Part shown: positions 20,159 through 31,029 of the stretch, in pieces | How positions within the stretch are numbered: the first letter of the stretch is position 1 | How the letters are laid out: each line of letters opens with the position of its first letter | From: an uncultured Sphingomonas sp. | Lineage (GTDB): Bacteria > Pseudomonadota > Alphaproteobacteria > Sphingomonadales > Sphingomonadaceae | Reading direction: 5' to 3' | NCBI GenBank assembly: GCA_965365395.1 | Contig: CBDUBN010000001.1 | Span: forward strand, 1-58,294 | Length of the DNA: 58,294 nt | Made by a program: the position numbers and the translations under genes | The notes under the pieces: generated by a model | Told to the model about the DNA's origin: nothing | The model's input: only the letters and a program-made list of their open reading frames with translations | Database searches by the model: none

Positions 20159-20201
20159 GGCGGCGTTGGTAGCCATATCGGGCTTTGATTTCCATGACGA
20201 T

Positions 20202-21470
20202 ATGGTCGAAAGAGCGCGCGTGATCGACGCCGCCCGCCCGAACCGCCGTCCGGCCCGCTGGCTCGTCGCGGCTTGCGCCGCTGCCCTCGCATTCGCGGGC
20301 GTCGGCCTCGTCGCCCAGATCGAACCCGGCGATCGCGGCATACCCCCCATTAACAGCTCGAGCGATCTGATGGTCAGCGGCGTGCGCGTCGACGCGACCG
20401 GCAGGAATGCGGACGAAGCGCGGCTGAAGGGCTGGCAGGAGGCGCAGCGGCTCGGGTGGCAGGCATTGTTCAAACAGGTCAATGGCGGCGCCGCCGCGCC
20501 GGGCCTGCCCGATTCAACCCTGAACGGCATCGTGTCCGCCATCGTGATCGAGCGCGAGCAGATCGGGCCGGGTCGCTACATCGCGACGCTGGGCGTGCAG
20601 TTCGATCGTGCGCGCGCGGGCCAGATCCTGGGTATCTCGGGCCGCATCTTCCGCTCGCCGCCCTATCTGGTGCTGCCCATCGTGTACGAAGGCGGCGTGC
20701 CGCAGGCCTATGAGCGCCGCAGCGACTGGCAGCGGGCCTGGGCCGAGTTCCGTACCGCCGACAGCAGCGTCGACTATGTCCGCACCGCCGGTACAGGGCC
20801 CGACCCCCTGCTATTGAATGCGGGACAGATGCGCCGGCCCGGACGACGCTGGTGGCGCGACATTCTCGACCAATATGGCGCGTCGGACGTTCTCATTCCG
20901 ACGGTGCGGATCGAACGCATGTGGCCGGGCGGGCCGGTGATCGGCTATTTCTCCGCGCGCTATGGTCCCGACAACCGCCTGCTCGGCGGATTCACGCTGA
21001 CAGCGAACACGCCGTCGGGCCTGCGGCGGATGATGACCGACGGCGTGCGGCGTATCGACGCGATCTACACCGGCGCGCTGGCCGATGGCCGGCTTCGTAC
21101 CGATCCGTCGCTGATCATCGAGGCGCCGGTGGAGCCCGAGGAAATCGAGGCGGCCGAGCAGACGGTGGCGACGACGGACGATACCACGGCGACGGCCGGA
21201 GGCGATGGCGCGCAGGCAGCAGCGGTCGCCCAGATCGAAAGCTATGCGGTGCAGGTCGATACGCCAGATGCCTCCGCCGTGCTGGCGGTCGAAGCGTCGC
21301 TGCGCGGGCTCGGTGGCGTCGAGGCGGCGAACACGAGCAGCGTGGCGATCGGCGGTGTGTCGGTGGTCCGGGTGCGCTTTCGCGGCGATGCCGCGGCCCT
21401 GCGCGCCGCGCTGGCTAGCGCGGGATGGCGCGTCGCTGAAAGCGGCGGCACCTTCCGCATTTCCCGATGA
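20202..21470 (+). CDS. exported DUF2066-like protein with C-terminal HMA-like (no CxxC) domain
   Basis: Signal/TM segment, [36 protein letters not shown]; conserved position between purM and hdaA. Start uncertain (20202 or 20220). Confidence 0.7.
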   Translation: MVERARVIDAARPNRRPARWLVAACAAALAFAGVGLVAQIEPGDRGIPPINSSSDLMVSGVRVDATGRNADEARLKGWQEAQRLGWQALFKQVNGGAAAPGLPDSTLNGIVSAIVIEREQIGPGRYIATLGVQFDRARAGQILGISGRIFRSPPYLVLPIVYEGGVPQAYERRSDWQRAWAEFRTADSSVDYVRTAGTGPDPLLLNAGQMRRPGRRWWRDILDQYGASDVLIPTVRIERMWPGGPVIGYFSARYGPDNRLLGGFTLTANTPSGLRRMMTDGVRRIDAIYTGALADGRLRTDPSLIIEAPVEPEEIEAAEQTVATTDDTTATAGGDGAQAAAVAQIESYAVQVDTPDASAVLAVEASLRGLGGVEAANTSSVAIGGVSVVRVRFRGDAAALRAALASAGWRVAESGGTFRISR

Positions 21471-22150
21471 ACGAGGCCGCCGCCCGCGATCTGTTCGGAA
21501 CGCCGCTGTCGATGCGGCCGCGCAGCAGCCAGTTGCCGTTGCCGCTCGGCTGGCGCAATGGCGCCGCGCCGCAGCTGATCGTGGGCGAAAGCAATCGCGC
21601 GGCGATCGATCTTATTTTCGGCGCGGTGCGCTGGACGTCGCCGGCGGTTGTCCTCTCCGGACCCGCGGGATCGGGCAAGAGCCTGATCGGGCGGCTGTTC
21701 GAAAGCCGTGGCGGCACCAGCGTCGACCCGCTCGAGGCGGCGGATGAAGAGCAGCTGTTCCACCGCTGGAACCGGGCCCGCGAGGAGGGCGGGCGGCTGC
21801 TCGTCGTCGTCGATGCGCCGGATGCACGGGCACGGATCCGGCTCCCCGACCTTGCGACCCGCCTCGCCACGGCGCAACTTGCCCAGATCGGCGCACCGGA
21901 CGCCTGCCTGACGCGCGATTTGGTCGAGCATTTGCTAACGCAGCGGGGACTGGTGCCGGCGGCGCAACTCGGCGCCTATGTAGCGGCACGGATCGAACGC
22001 AGCTACCCTGCCATTCATGCGGCCGTCGCGGCGATCGACGCGGCGGCCTTGGCGACCGGCGGGGGAGCGAGCATACGCACCGCACGCGACGCACTCATCC
22101 GTTCGGGACTGGTCGGTGCGACGGCAGGCGACGGGACCGAGGCGCCATGA
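21467..22150 (+). CDS. hdaA: HdaA (DnaA regulatory inactivator) family protein
   Basis: Clamp-binding QLPLPL, VGESN..A, Walker A GPAGSGKS, EEQLFH.WN, LPDLATRL, IERSY. Alternative start at 21512. Confidence 0.85.
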   Translation: MNEAAARDLFGTPLSMRPRSSQLPLPLGWRNGAAPQLIVGESNRAAIDLIFGAVRWTSPAVVLSGPAGSGKSLIGRLFESRGGTSVDPLEAADEEQLFHRWNRAREEGGRLLVVVDAPDARARIRLPDLATRLATAQLAQIGAPDACLTRDLVEHLLTQRGLVPAAQLGAYVAARIERSYPAIHAAVAAIDAAALATGGGASIRTARDALIRSGLVGATAGDGTEAP

Positions 22151-24339
22151 CCGACCGTTCCGAGATCGAAACGAGTGCGGTCGACTCGCCATCGCCTGGT
22201 CCGGATGTTGCCGCCGGTCAGCCGGGACAGCGCTATTTCAACCGCGAGCTTTCGTGGCTCGCGTTTAACCGCCGGGTGATGGAGGAGGCGCGCAATCCGG
22301 CGCATCCGTTGCTCGAACGACTGCGTTTCCTGTCGATATCCGGCAACAATCTCGACGAATTCTTCATGGTCCGCGTGGCGGGCATCAAGGCGCATCAACT
22401 GCAGGGGATCGAGCATCGCTCGCAGGACGGGTTGAGCCCCACCATGCAGCTGGCCGCGATCAACGAGGCGACGCAGCAACTGGTCGCGGAACAGCAGGCC
22501 GAATGGGAACAGCTGTCGCGCGAACTGGCGGGGAGCGGCATTGCCGTCGTTCACGATCTGGTCGAGGCGGGCCAGTATCGCGAGACGCTGGAACGGCATT
22601 TCGTCGATCAGATCTTTCCGATCCTGACCCCCCAGGCGCTGGACCCCGCACACCCGTTCCCGTTCATTCCCAACCAGGGGCTGGCGGTGATGTTCGACCT
22701 CGTCCGGCATGCCGATGGCGAGGCGGTGCGCGAACTGGTGATGATCCCCGCGACGCTGCCGCGCTTCGTGCGCGTCGGCGGGAACGAACGCGCGGACCAG
22801 GCCATCTATGTCGCCGTGGACACGCTGATCCGCCTGTTCGCCGACCTCCTGTTCCCGGGCTTCACCGTGCTGTCGTGCGGACGTTTCCGACTGATCCGCG
22901 ACAGCGACATCGAGCTGGAGGAGGAAGCCGAGGACCTGGTCCAGCATTTCCGCACGGCCATCCGCCGCCGCCGCCGCGGCCGCATCGTGTTGTTCGAATT
23001 CGACGCGGATACGCCCGACGCGCTGGTCGAGGAGCTGATGGAAGAGACCGCCGCGGAAGAGCCGGAGATGCTGCGGCTGGGCGGCTTCGTCGGCATCGCG
23101 GACCTGTCGCAGATCGTGAACGAGGAGCGACCGGACCTCAAGTTTCCGCCCTTCTCGGCGCGCTTTCCCGAGCGCATCCGCGACCATGGAGGCGACTGTT
23201 TCGCCGCCATCCGCAGCAAGGATATCCTGGTCCACCACCCGTACGAGAGTTTCGAGGTGGTGCTGTCCTTCCTGCGGCAGGCGGCCGCGGATCCCGATGT
23301 CGTGGCGATCAAACAGACGCTGTACCGCGCCGGCGATCAGTCCCCCGTCATCCGCGCGCTGATCGAGGCCGCCGAAGCGGGCAAGTCGGTCACCGCGGTC
23401 GTCGAGTTGAAGGCGCGGTTCGACGAGGAGCAGAACCTGCACTGGGCGGGCCAGCTGGAGCGGGCCGGGGTCCAGGTCGTCTACGGCTTCATCGAGTGGA
23501 AAACGCACGCCAAGGTGTCGATGGTGGTGCGGCGCGAGGGCAACCTGTTTCGCACCTACTGCCATTTCGGCACGGGCAACTACCACCCGGTCACCGCGCG
23601 CATCTATACCGACTTCAGCTTCTTTACCGCCGACCGGCGGGCAGGGCGCGATGCGGCGCAACTGTTCAACTACATCACCGGCTATATCGAACCCGTCGGT
23701 CTGGAAATGTTGACGATGTCGCCGATCGGGCTGCGGCAGGGCCTGGCCGATCTGATCGATGCCGAGATCGCGCACGCGCGCGCCGGACGCGGATCGGGCA
23801 TCTGGGCCAAGATGAACAGCCTGGTCGATACGGCGATCATCGAGAAATTGTACGAGGCGAGCGCGGCGGGCGTTCCGGTGGCGCTGATCGTGCGCGGCAT
23901 CTGCTGCCTGCGCCCCGGGGTCCCCGGCCTGTCGGAGAATATCAAGGTGAAGTCGGTCGTCGGCCGTTTCCTGGAGCATAGCCGCGTCTTCGCGTTCGGC
24001 GGTGGAGAGCCGCTGCCGTCGCGCGCCGCGAAGCTGTTCATCAGCTCCGCCGACTGGATGAACCGCAATTTCGATCGGCGGGTCGAATATATGATCCCGA
24101 TCGAGAACCGCACGGTGCACGACCAGTTGCTGGACCAGGTGATGGTCGCCAACCTCATCGACAACGAGCAGAGCTGGGTGCTGAGCGCCGACGGCAGTTA
24201 CCGGCGGATGGAGGCGGGCAACAAACCGTTCAACCTGCATCGCTATTTCATGAACAATCCGTCGCTGTCGGGTCGCGGCGATACGCTGGGCAGGCGCAAG
24301 GACGTGCCTAAACTCGATCTGGCGCGCTGGCATGGCTGA
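22147..24339 (+). CDS. ppk1: polyphosphate kinase 1
   Basis: YFNRELSWLAFNRRV, NLDEFFMVRVAG, HPFPFI, HHPYESF, ELKARFDEE, KTHAK, GRFLEHSR, SSADWM.RN. Confidence 0.97.
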   Translation: MTDRSEIETSAVDSPSPGPDVAAGQPGQRYFNRELSWLAFNRRVMEEARNPAHPLLERLRFLSISGNNLDEFFMVRVAGIKAHQLQGIEHRSQDGLSPTMQLAAINEATQQLVAEQQAEWEQLSRELAGSGIAVVHDLVEAGQYRETLERHFVDQIFPILTPQALDPAHPFPFIPNQGLAVMFDLVRHADGEAVRELVMIPATLPRFVRVGGNERADQAIYVAVDTLIRLFADLLFPGFTVLSCGRFRLIRDSDIELEEEAEDLVQHFRTAIRRRRRGRIVLFEFDADTPDALVEELMEETAAEEPEMLRLGGFVGIADLSQIVNEERPDLKFPPFSARFPERIRDHGGDCFAAIRSKDILVHHPYESFEVVLSFLRQAAADPDVVAIKQTLYRAGDQSPVIRALIEAAEAGKSVTAVVELKARFDEEQNLHWAGQLERAGVQVVYGFIEWKTHAKVSMVVRREGNLFRTYCHFGTGNYHPVTARIYTDFSFFTADRRAGRDAAQLFNYITGYIEPVGLEMLTMSPIGLRQGLADLIDAEIAHARAGRGSGIWAKMNSLVDTAIIEKLYEASAAGVPVALIVRGICCLRPGVPGLSENIKVKSVVGRFLEHSRVFAFGGGEPLPSRAAKLFISSADWMNRNFDRRVEYMIPIENRTVHDQLLDQVMVANLIDNEQSWVLSADGSYRRMEAGNKPFNLHRYFMNNPSLSGRGDTLGRRKDVPKLDLARWHG

Positions 24340-25867
24340 CATGGCGGCGCGATTGCGCGATCTGGTTCGTCGGCCGGTCGAGCGCGTCGGCGACCCGGCG
24401 GGGGCGACGCGGCGCGCGGCGATCATCGACATCGGGTCCAATTCGGTCCGGTTGGTGGTCTACGCAGGGCCCGCGCGTGCGCCGACGCCGGTATTCAACG
24501 AGAAGCTGATGGTCGGGCTGGGATCCGCGCTGTCCACCACGGGCGCGATCGAGGCGCGGCCCTATCGCCGCGCCATTGCCGGGCTGGCAAGGTTCAAGGC
24601 CTTGGCCGATGCGATGGACGTCGCCGACCTCACCTGCGTCGCTACCGCCGCGGTGCGCGAGGCGAGCAACGGCCCGCAGTTCCTGGCCGACGCGCGCGCG
24701 CTGGGCCTCGATGTCACCCTGTTGTCGGGGCGCGACGAAGCGCGAGCCTCCGGATTCGGCGTCATTTCCGCGATTCCGCAAGCCGACGGGATCGTCGCCG
24801 ATCTGGGCGGCGGTAGCCTGGAGCTGGTGCGGGTGCAGGACGGGCGCACCGCGCACCACACGAGCTTTCCATTAGGGGTGCTGCGCATCGCCGCGCTGCG
24901 TGCGGAGCATGGTCCGCGCTTCGCCCGCCATATCGGCAAGACAATCGCCAAGGCAGGCTGGCCCGGCGAGGATCGTGGACTGCCCCTGTACATGGTCGGC
25001 GGATCGTGGCGGGCGATGGCGCGCTACAGCATGATCATCGCGCGCGATCCCATGCCGGTGGTGTCGGGACACAAGCTCCCCGCCGAGGCGGCCGCGCGGC
25101 TCGCACGGCGGCTGCGCACCGCCAATCTTGGTACGTTGGCCAAGGACGAGGGGATGGCGCAGGCGCGCGTCTCGACGCTTCCCGACGCCGCCGCGCTGCT
25201 CGCGCCGCTGGTGCGACAGCTCGGCAGCAGCCGGCTGGTGGTCTCGACGGGGGGATTGCGCGAAGGCCTGCTCTACCGGTCGCTGCCGCAGGATATTCAG
25301 GCGCAGGATCCCCTGATCGCCGCGGCCGAGGCCGAAGGTCGCCGCTTTGCGCGCTTCGTGCCGCATGGGCGCGCCATCGACGGGTGGCTGGCATCGCTGT
25401 TCGACCGCGACGATGCCAACGCCGCGCGGCTCCGCCTCGCCTGCTGCCTGCTCTCCGATGTAGCGTCGACCGCCAATCCGGACTTTCGCGCGGAGCGTGC
25501 GGCGGAGATGGCGCTGCACGGCCAATGGTGGGGTATCGACCTCGATGACCGGCTGGTGATCGCGCAGACGCTGTTTACCGCGGCGGGGGGGCAGGGACGG
25601 CCGTTCCCCATGCCGCCGGGCGTGGAACTCGAGCCACGACTGACGCGCGCCGTGCAATGGGGCCTGGCCATCCGGCTGGCGCAGCGTCTGTCCGGCGGTG
25701 CGGTGCTGCCCCTCGACTGCTCCCGCCTGGACGCCAGCGGCACGCACCTGCGCCTGACGCTGCGCGCGCAGGGGGCGGCGCTGAAAGGCGAACAGGTGGA
25801 AAAGCGGCTGAAGCCCCTGGCCGAAGCGGTCGGCCTGAAGGCCGAGCTGAGCGTGGACGAAGGCTAG
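24332..25867 (+). CDS. ppx: Ppx/GppA exopolyphosphatase
   Basis: IDIGSNSVRL, ATAAVREASN, DLGGGSLEL, VGGSWRA, GLREG. Confidence 0.93.
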   Translation: MADMAARLRDLVRRPVERVGDPAGATRRAAIIDIGSNSVRLVVYAGPARAPTPVFNEKLMVGLGSALSTTGAIEARPYRRAIAGLARFKALADAMDVADLTCVATAAVREASNGPQFLADARALGLDVTLLSGRDEARASGFGVISAIPQADGIVADLGGGSLELVRVQDGRTAHHTSFPLGVLRIAALRAEHGPRFARHIGKTIAKAGWPGEDRGLPLYMVGGSWRAMARYSMIIARDPMPVVSGHKLPAEAAARLARRLRTANLGTLAKDEGMAQARVSTLPDAAALLAPLVRQLGSSRLVVSTGGLREGLLYRSLPQDIQAQDPLIAAAEAEGRRFARFVPHGRAIDGWLASLFDRDDANAARLRLACCLLSDVASTANPDFRAERAAEMALHGQWWGIDLDDRLVIAQTLFTAAGGQGRPFPMPPGVELEPRLTRAVQWGLAIRLAQRLSGGAVLPLDCSRLDASGTHLRLTLRAQGAALKGEQVEKRLKPLAEAVGLKAELSVDEG

Positions 25868-26184
25868 CCGCAGCGCAGCGCGGTGATGACCCCGTCAACG
25901 TCGAGCTCGCCGTTCAGCCGGTCGCCGCGAAAATCCATCGTCACCGCCATGCCCGGTTCGATCCAGCGGATGTCGCGCGCGCCCGAGCGCGTCGCGATCT
26001 CCGAGCGGAGCGTGGTATTGGCACGGATGCCCACGAAACTCTGCACCAGGCTTGCGCCGCATTCGTCACCGTCGTCGCGCAGCGAGATAGGTTCGCGCTG
26101 GCCGGTGGCATAGGGTGTTTGCCCGCCGGTACAGGCACCCAGCAGCAGCGGTCCGATCATCGCGAGGGCGGCAACAGGGCGCAT
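25864..26184 (-). CDS. I78 family peptidase inhibitor lipoprotein
   Basis: Lipobox LLGAC; CGA...QSFVG, IRWIEPGMAVTMDFRGDRLN, terminal RCG; TGATG overlap with the rnd stop. Confidence 0.9.
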   Translation of the reverse strand: MRPVAALAMIGPLLLGACTGGQTPYATGQREPISLRDDGDECGASLVQSFVGIRANTTLRSEIATRSGARDIRWIEPGMAVTMDFRGDRLNGELDVDGVITALRCG

Positions 26185-27365
26185 CAGCTCGTCTCCTCGG
26201 GCGCAGTCCGTGTCATCACCAGCCGGCCCTTGTGCACGGTGAAACCCAGCCGGCCTTCGACGAGTTCCAGCGCGTCGCGTCCGAAGACGTCGGCACGCCA
26301 GCCGGTCAGGATCGACAGGCCGTCCCGCACGCCGGCGGCAAGCTGCTCCAGCTCGTCCGAACGTGCGATCAGGCGCGAGGCGACGCTCATTTCGCGCGCG
26401 CGGATCTTGAGCAGCAGCTTGAGGAGGTCGGCGACCAGCGCGCCGTCCTTGCCCAGCCCCGGCCCGCGCGGCGCAGCGGCGGGCAGTTCCTCGCGCGCCA
26501 TGGGCTCGGCGTCCGCCAGCGCGGCCATCATCCGCGCCCCGATGTCGTTGTTGCGCCAGCTGGCGGACAGCCCACGGATGCGTGCCAGATCCTCCTGCGT
26601 GCGCGGGGGGTGCGCGGCGATCTCCGCCAGCGTCTCGTCCTTGGCGATGCGACCGCGCGGCAGGTTCTTGCCGCGCGCCTCGATCTCCCGCCATGCGGCC
26701 AGCGCCCGCAGCCGGCCCAGTACGTCGGGCTTCTTCGACTGGATCTTGACCCGGTGCCACGCATCCTCGGGGCGCATCGCGTAATTGGCCGGATCGGCGA
26801 GCTTTTCCATCTCTTCGTCCAGCCACTCGCCGCGTCCGGTCTTGCGCAGTTTTTCGAGCATGCGCGGGAAGATGACGGCGAGATGCGTCACGTCGGCGAT
26901 GGCATAGTCGATCTGCCGCTTGTCGAGCGGGCGGCGCGACCAGTCGGTGAAGCGTGCGCCCTTGTCGAGGCTGAAGCCGAGCCAGCTTTCGACGAGATTG
27001 GAATAGCCCTGCTGCTCGGCCTGAGCGAGCGCCATCGCCCCGATCTGCGTATCGAAAATGGGGTGGGGGGTCTTGCCGGTCAGATTGTAGATTATCTCCA
27101 CATCCTGTCCGCCGGCGTGAAACACTTTCAACATGTCCTCGCGCTCCACCAGCAGGTCGAGCAGCGGCGCAAGGTCGATGCCGTCGGCCAGCGGATCGAT
27201 CGCCGCGCTATGCTCGGGTGTCGCGACCTGCACCAGGCAAAGTTCGGGATAATAGGTCGATTCGCGCATGAATTCGGTATCGACCGCGATGAACGGGGCC
27301 GAGGAAACCAGTGTGCAGAATTCGCGGAGCGCGGTGCTGTCCGTGATCAACAAGGGAGCTGTCAT
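26184..27365 (-). CDS. rnd: ribonuclease D
   Basis: [49 protein letters not shown] region. Confidence 0.96.
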   Translation of the reverse strand: MTAPLLITDSTALREFCTLVSSAPFIAVDTEFMRESTYYPELCLVQVATPEHSAAIDPLADGIDLAPLLDLLVEREDMLKVFHAGGQDVEIIYNLTGKTPHPIFDTQIGAMALAQAEQQGYSNLVESWLGFSLDKGARFTDWSRRPLDKRQIDYAIADVTHLAVIFPRMLEKLRKTGRGEWLDEEMEKLADPANYAMRPEDAWHRVKIQSKKPDVLGRLRALAAWREIEARGKNLPRGRIAKDETLAEIAAHPPRTQEDLARIRGLSASWRNNDIGARMMAALADAEPMAREELPAAAPRGPGLGKDGALVADLLKLLLKIRAREMSVASRLIARSDELEQLAAGVRDGLSILTGWRADVFGRDALELVEGRLGFTVHKGRLVMTRTAPEETS

Positions 27366-27424
27366 TGCGAGGCTGTAGAGCCAAGCGATGCGAGATTGAA
27401 GGGGGCGCGCAATGCCCGCATCGC

Positions 27425-27453
27425 TTGACATATCGCCGCCCCGACTGTGTTAG
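27425..27453 (+). promoter_or_regulatory. candidate sigma70 promoter of aspS
   Basis: Perfect -35 TTGACA, N17, then TGTTAG. Confidence 0.45.
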
Positions 27454-27511
27454 GCGCGCGAACCATTGCGGGGGCCTTGCGCCCGCGCGGCCAGGAAACG
27501 AAAGCCAGACC

Positions 27512-29293
27512 ATGCACGCCTATCGCAGCCATACATGCGGCGCCCTGCGCAGTTCCGACGTGGGAGGCGGGGTGCGCCTGTCGGGCTGGGTCCACCGCAA
27601 GCGCGACCACGGCAACCTGCTGTTCGTCGACCTGCGCGACCATTATGGCATCACGCAGATCGTGGCGAACGCCGATGACGCCGACTTCGCGGTGCTGGAT
27701 GGTGCCCGGGTCGAGAGCGTGCTGACGATCGATGGCGACGTGCTCGCGCGGTCGGCCGACACGGTCAACGCGGCCCTGGCGACCGGCGAGATCGAGGTGC
27801 GCGCGCGGCGCGTGACGGTGCAATCGGCGGCGCAGGAATTGCCGATGCCGGTGTTCGGCGAACAGGAATATCCCGAGGATATCCGCCTGCGCTACCGCTT
27901 TCTCGATCTGCGGCGCGAGCGTCTGCACAGGAACATCCTGCTCCGCTCGGGCGTGATCGCGAGCCTGCGGCGGCGCATGATCGAGCAGGGGTTCACCGAA
28001 TTCCAGACGCCGATCCTGACCGCGTCGAGCCCGGAGGGCGCGCGCGATTTCCTGGTGCCCAGCCGCATGCATCCGGGCAAATTCTATGCGCTGCCGCAGG
28101 CACCGCAGATGTTCAAGCAGCTGCTGATGGTGGCCGGGTTCGACCGCTATTTCCAGATCGCGCCCTGTTTCCGTGACGAGGACGCGCGCGCCGACCGGTC
28201 CCCTGGCGAATTCTACCAGCTCGATTTCGAGATGAGCTTCGTCACCCAGGACGATGTCTTCGATGCCATCGAGCCGGTGCTGGCGGGCGTGTTCGAGGAA
28301 TTCGCCGGCGGCAAGAGCGTGACCCCGGCGGGCACGTTCCCGCGCATCCCCTATCGCGAGGCGATGCTGAAATACGGCAGCGACAAGCCCGATCTGCGCA
28401 ACCCGCTGACCATCACCGACGTTTCCGACCATTTCAAGGGATCGGGCTTCGGGCGCTTTGCCGATATGGTCGCTGGCGGCAGCGTGGTGCGCGCCATCCC
28501 GGCGCCGGCGACGCAGGAGAAGAGCCGCAAATTCTTCGACGACATGAATGCATGGGCGCAGGGCGAGGGCTATCCGGGCCTGGGTTATGTGACACGCAAA
28601 GGCGGCGAATTCGGCGGGCCGATCGCCAAGAACCATGGCGAGGCGGGCATGGTCGCGCTGTACGACGCGCTCGGCCTCGGCCCCGACGACGGCTGCTTCT
28701 TCGCGGCGGGCAGGGAAGCCCAGGCGGCGAAGCTCGCCGGCCTGGCGCGCACGCGGATCGGCGAGCAGCTCGGTCTGATCAGGGAGGGCGCGTTCGAATT
28801 CTGCTGGATCGTCGATTTCCCGATGTTCGAGGCGGACGAGGAAACGGGCAGGATCGATTTCAGCCATAACCCCTTTTCCATGCCGCAGGGCGAACTCGAG
28901 GCGCTGGAGACCATGGACCCGCTCGATATCCTTGCCTGGCAGTATGACATCGTATGCAACGGCATCGAACTGTCGTCAGGCGCGATCCGCAACCACCGAC
29001 CCGACATCATGTACAAGGCGTTCGAGATCGCAGGATACAGCCAGGCGGACGTCGACCGCGATTTCGCAGGCATGATCAACGCGTTCAAATTTGGCGCGCC
29101 GCCACACGGCGGCTCCGCGCCCGGCGTCGATCGTATCGTCATGCTGCTGGCCGACGAGCCGAACATCCGCGAGGTCGTGCTGTTCCCCATGAACCAGAAG
29201 GCGGAAGACCTGATGATGAACGCGCCCTCCGCGGTGAGCGAAAAGCAGTTGAAGGAACTCAGCATCCGCATCGTCGACGGGCCCAAGGGGTGA
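27512..29293 (+). CDS. aspS: aspartate--tRNA ligase (probably non-discriminating Asp/Asn)
   Basis: YRSHTCG, RDHG (His associated with ND-AspRS), [36 protein letters not shown]. Confidence 0.98.
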   Translation: MHAYRSHTCGALRSSDVGGGVRLSGWVHRKRDHGNLLFVDLRDHYGITQIVANADDADFAVLDGARVESVLTIDGDVLARSADTVNAALATGEIEVRARRVTVQSAAQELPMPVFGEQEYPEDIRLRYRFLDLRRERLHRNILLRSGVIASLRRRMIEQGFTEFQTPILTASSPEGARDFLVPSRMHPGKFYALPQAPQMFKQLLMVAGFDRYFQIAPCFRDEDARADRSPGEFYQLDFEMSFVTQDDVFDAIEPVLAGVFEEFAGGKSVTPAGTFPRIPYREAMLKYGSDKPDLRNPLTITDVSDHFKGSGFGRFADMVAGGSVVRAIPAPATQEKSRKFFDDMNAWAQGEGYPGLGYVTRKGGEFGGPIAKNHGEAGMVALYDALGLGPDDGCFFAAGREAQAAKLAGLARTRIGEQLGLIREGAFEFCWIVDFPMFEADEETGRIDFSHNPFSMPQGELEALETMDPLDILAWQYDIVCNGIELSSGAIRNHRPDIMYKAFEIAGYSQADVDRDFAGMINAFKFGAPPHGGSAPGVDRIVMLLADEPNIREVVLFPMNQKAEDLMMNAPSAVSEKQLKELSIRIVDGPKG

Positions 29294-30174
29294 TCGCGCG
29301 CACCCCGGCGTCGCGCTCGCTCGACGGGCCCCGGGGACGCATCGCCTGGCATGAATGGGGCGCGCGGTCCGGACGGCCGTCGCTGCTCCTCCTGCACGCG
29401 ACCGGCTTTCACGGCAGGATCTGGGATGCCGTGGTCGAGGCCTTGCCGGCCGACATCCATGTCCTTGCGCCCGACTTCGCCGGGCACGGCGGCAGCGATC
29501 GTCCGCCCTCGATCGCGGATTGGGACGCGCTGGCCGACGACGTGACCGAGTTGCTCGACCAGGCGGGGGGCCGGGTCGTTGGCGTCGGTCACAGTCTGGG
29601 CGGATACTGCCTGGCCAGGATGGCGGCGACATCGCCGGGCCGGCTGGCGCGGGCCGTGCTCGTCGATCCGGTGATCCTGCCGCCGCAGGCCTATGATCCG
29701 TCCGCGCCGATCGGTGATGCCGCCGCGCATCCCGTCGCCCGCCGGCGCAATCGCTGGGACAGCGCGGGGGCGATGGCCGAAGCCTTCGCCTCGCGCCCGC
29801 CCTATGCGAGCTGGCAGCGCCGCGTGCTCGACGATTATTGCGCGCACGGGTTGAGGCCGGCGACGGACGGGGACGGGTACGAACTTGCCTGCCCGCCGGT
29901 GCTCGAAGCCAGCTGCTACATGGGCGCGGCGCATCACGATGCGCTGTCGTCGGTGCGCGCCGTCGCCTGCCCGGTGACCGTGCTGCGCGCGCGGGTAGCC
30001 GAACGCGCCGGTCCGCTCGATTTTTCGGTCAGCCCCACCTGGCCGGCGCTCGCATCGGCCTTCGCCGACGGCCGGGATATGCAGTGGAGCGACCTGTCGC
30101 ACTTCATCCCGATGGAGGCGCCCGAGCGGCTGGCGGCGCTCATCGCCACTGAAGTGGCCGCCGCCGGGGGTTAA
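29290..30174 (+). CDS. alpha/beta fold hydrolase
   Basis: [18 protein letters not shown], nucleophile GHSLGG, SHFIPME; GTGA overlap with the aspS stop. Confidence 0.88.
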   Translation: MIARTPASRSLDGPRGRIAWHEWGARSGRPSLLLLHATGFHGRIWDAVVEALPADIHVLAPDFAGHGGSDRPPSIADWDALADDVTELLDQAGGRVVGVGHSLGGYCLARMAATSPGRLARAVLVDPVILPPQAYDPSAPIGDAAAHPVARRRNRWDSAGAMAEAFASRPPYASWQRRVLDDYCAHGLRPATDGDGYELACPPVLEASCYMGAAHHDALSSVRAVACPVTVLRARVAERAGPLDFSVSPTWPALASAFADGRDMQWSDLSHFIPMEAPERLAALIATEVAAAGG

Positions 30175-30231
30175 CCCCGCCTGCACGCCTGCTAGGCTAG
30201 TGCGGGCGCAACTTGATGTGGGCGAGAACGC

Positions 30232-31017
30232 ATGGCCATCGATCTTCGCGACTATGAGCAGGGCGGCAAGTATCCGGGCGATTACGACGCGGACCTCGCC
30301 GCGCTGCAGGCGCGGCTGGCGCGGGTGCAGGCTGCGCATATCGTCCACCGGCGGCAATCGATCATCCTGCTCGAGGGCTGGGACGCGAGCGGCAAGGGCG
30401 GCATCATCCAGCGGCTGTGCGCGGAATGGGACCCGCGCTATTTTGAGGTCTATCCGATCGGCGCGCCCAGCGACGCCGAACGCGACCACCATTTCCTCTA
30501 TCGTTTCTGGACGCGGGTGCCGCCGGCGCGTCACATCGCGGTGTTCGACCGCAGCTGGTACGGGCGCGTCGCGGTCGAGCGGGTCGAGGGGTTTGCGTCC
30601 GAACGCGACTGGCGGCGCGGCTACGACGAGATCAACGAGTTCGAGGCGCAGCAGGCCGAGCACGGCGTGACGCTGGTCAAGCTGTTCGTCCACGTGACGC
30701 AGGCCGAGCAGGACAGACGCCTTGCCGCGCGGCTCGACGATCCCTGGAAACGGTGGAAGACCGGGGCCGAGGACTATCGCAACCGGTCGAAACGCGCGGA
30801 CTATCTGGCCGCCTATGCCGACATGTTCGAACGCACCGACACCCGCTGGGCGCCGTGGCAGGTCATCGACGCCAACAGCAAGAAACGCGCCCGCATCGCC
30901 GCGCTGACGCATGTGGCCGACCGGCTGGAGGCCGCGGTACCGCTGAGTCCGCCCGACGCCGATCCCGAGGTCGTCGCGCTGGCGCAGGCGGCGTTCGGGT
31001 ACGTTCCGCGGGCCTAG
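30232..31017 (+). CDS. ppk2: polyphosphate kinase 2 family protein (single domain)
   Basis: Walker A EGWDASGKGG, FDRSWYGRV.VERV, EINEFE, P.KRWK, APW.VI.AN.K..AR. Confidence 0.92.
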   Translation: MAIDLRDYEQGGKYPGDYDADLAALQARLARVQAAHIVHRRQSIILLEGWDASGKGGIIQRLCAEWDPRYFEVYPIGAPSDAERDHHFLYRFWTRVPPARHIAVFDRSWYGRVAVERVEGFASERDWRRGYDEINEFEAQQAEHGVTLVKLFVHVTQAEQDRRLAARLDDPWKRWKTGAEDYRNRSKRADYLAAYADMFERTDTRWAPWQVIDANSKKRARIAALTHVADRLEAAVPLSPPDADPEVVALAQAAFGYVPRA

Positions 31018-31029
31018 GACCGCGTTCCG

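Noticed and set aside
22962-22977. (CCG)n microsatellite as a phase-variation site
   Set aside because: It encodes the poly-Arg stretch at a conserved basic position of PPK1, and a trinucleotide unit would not shift the frame.
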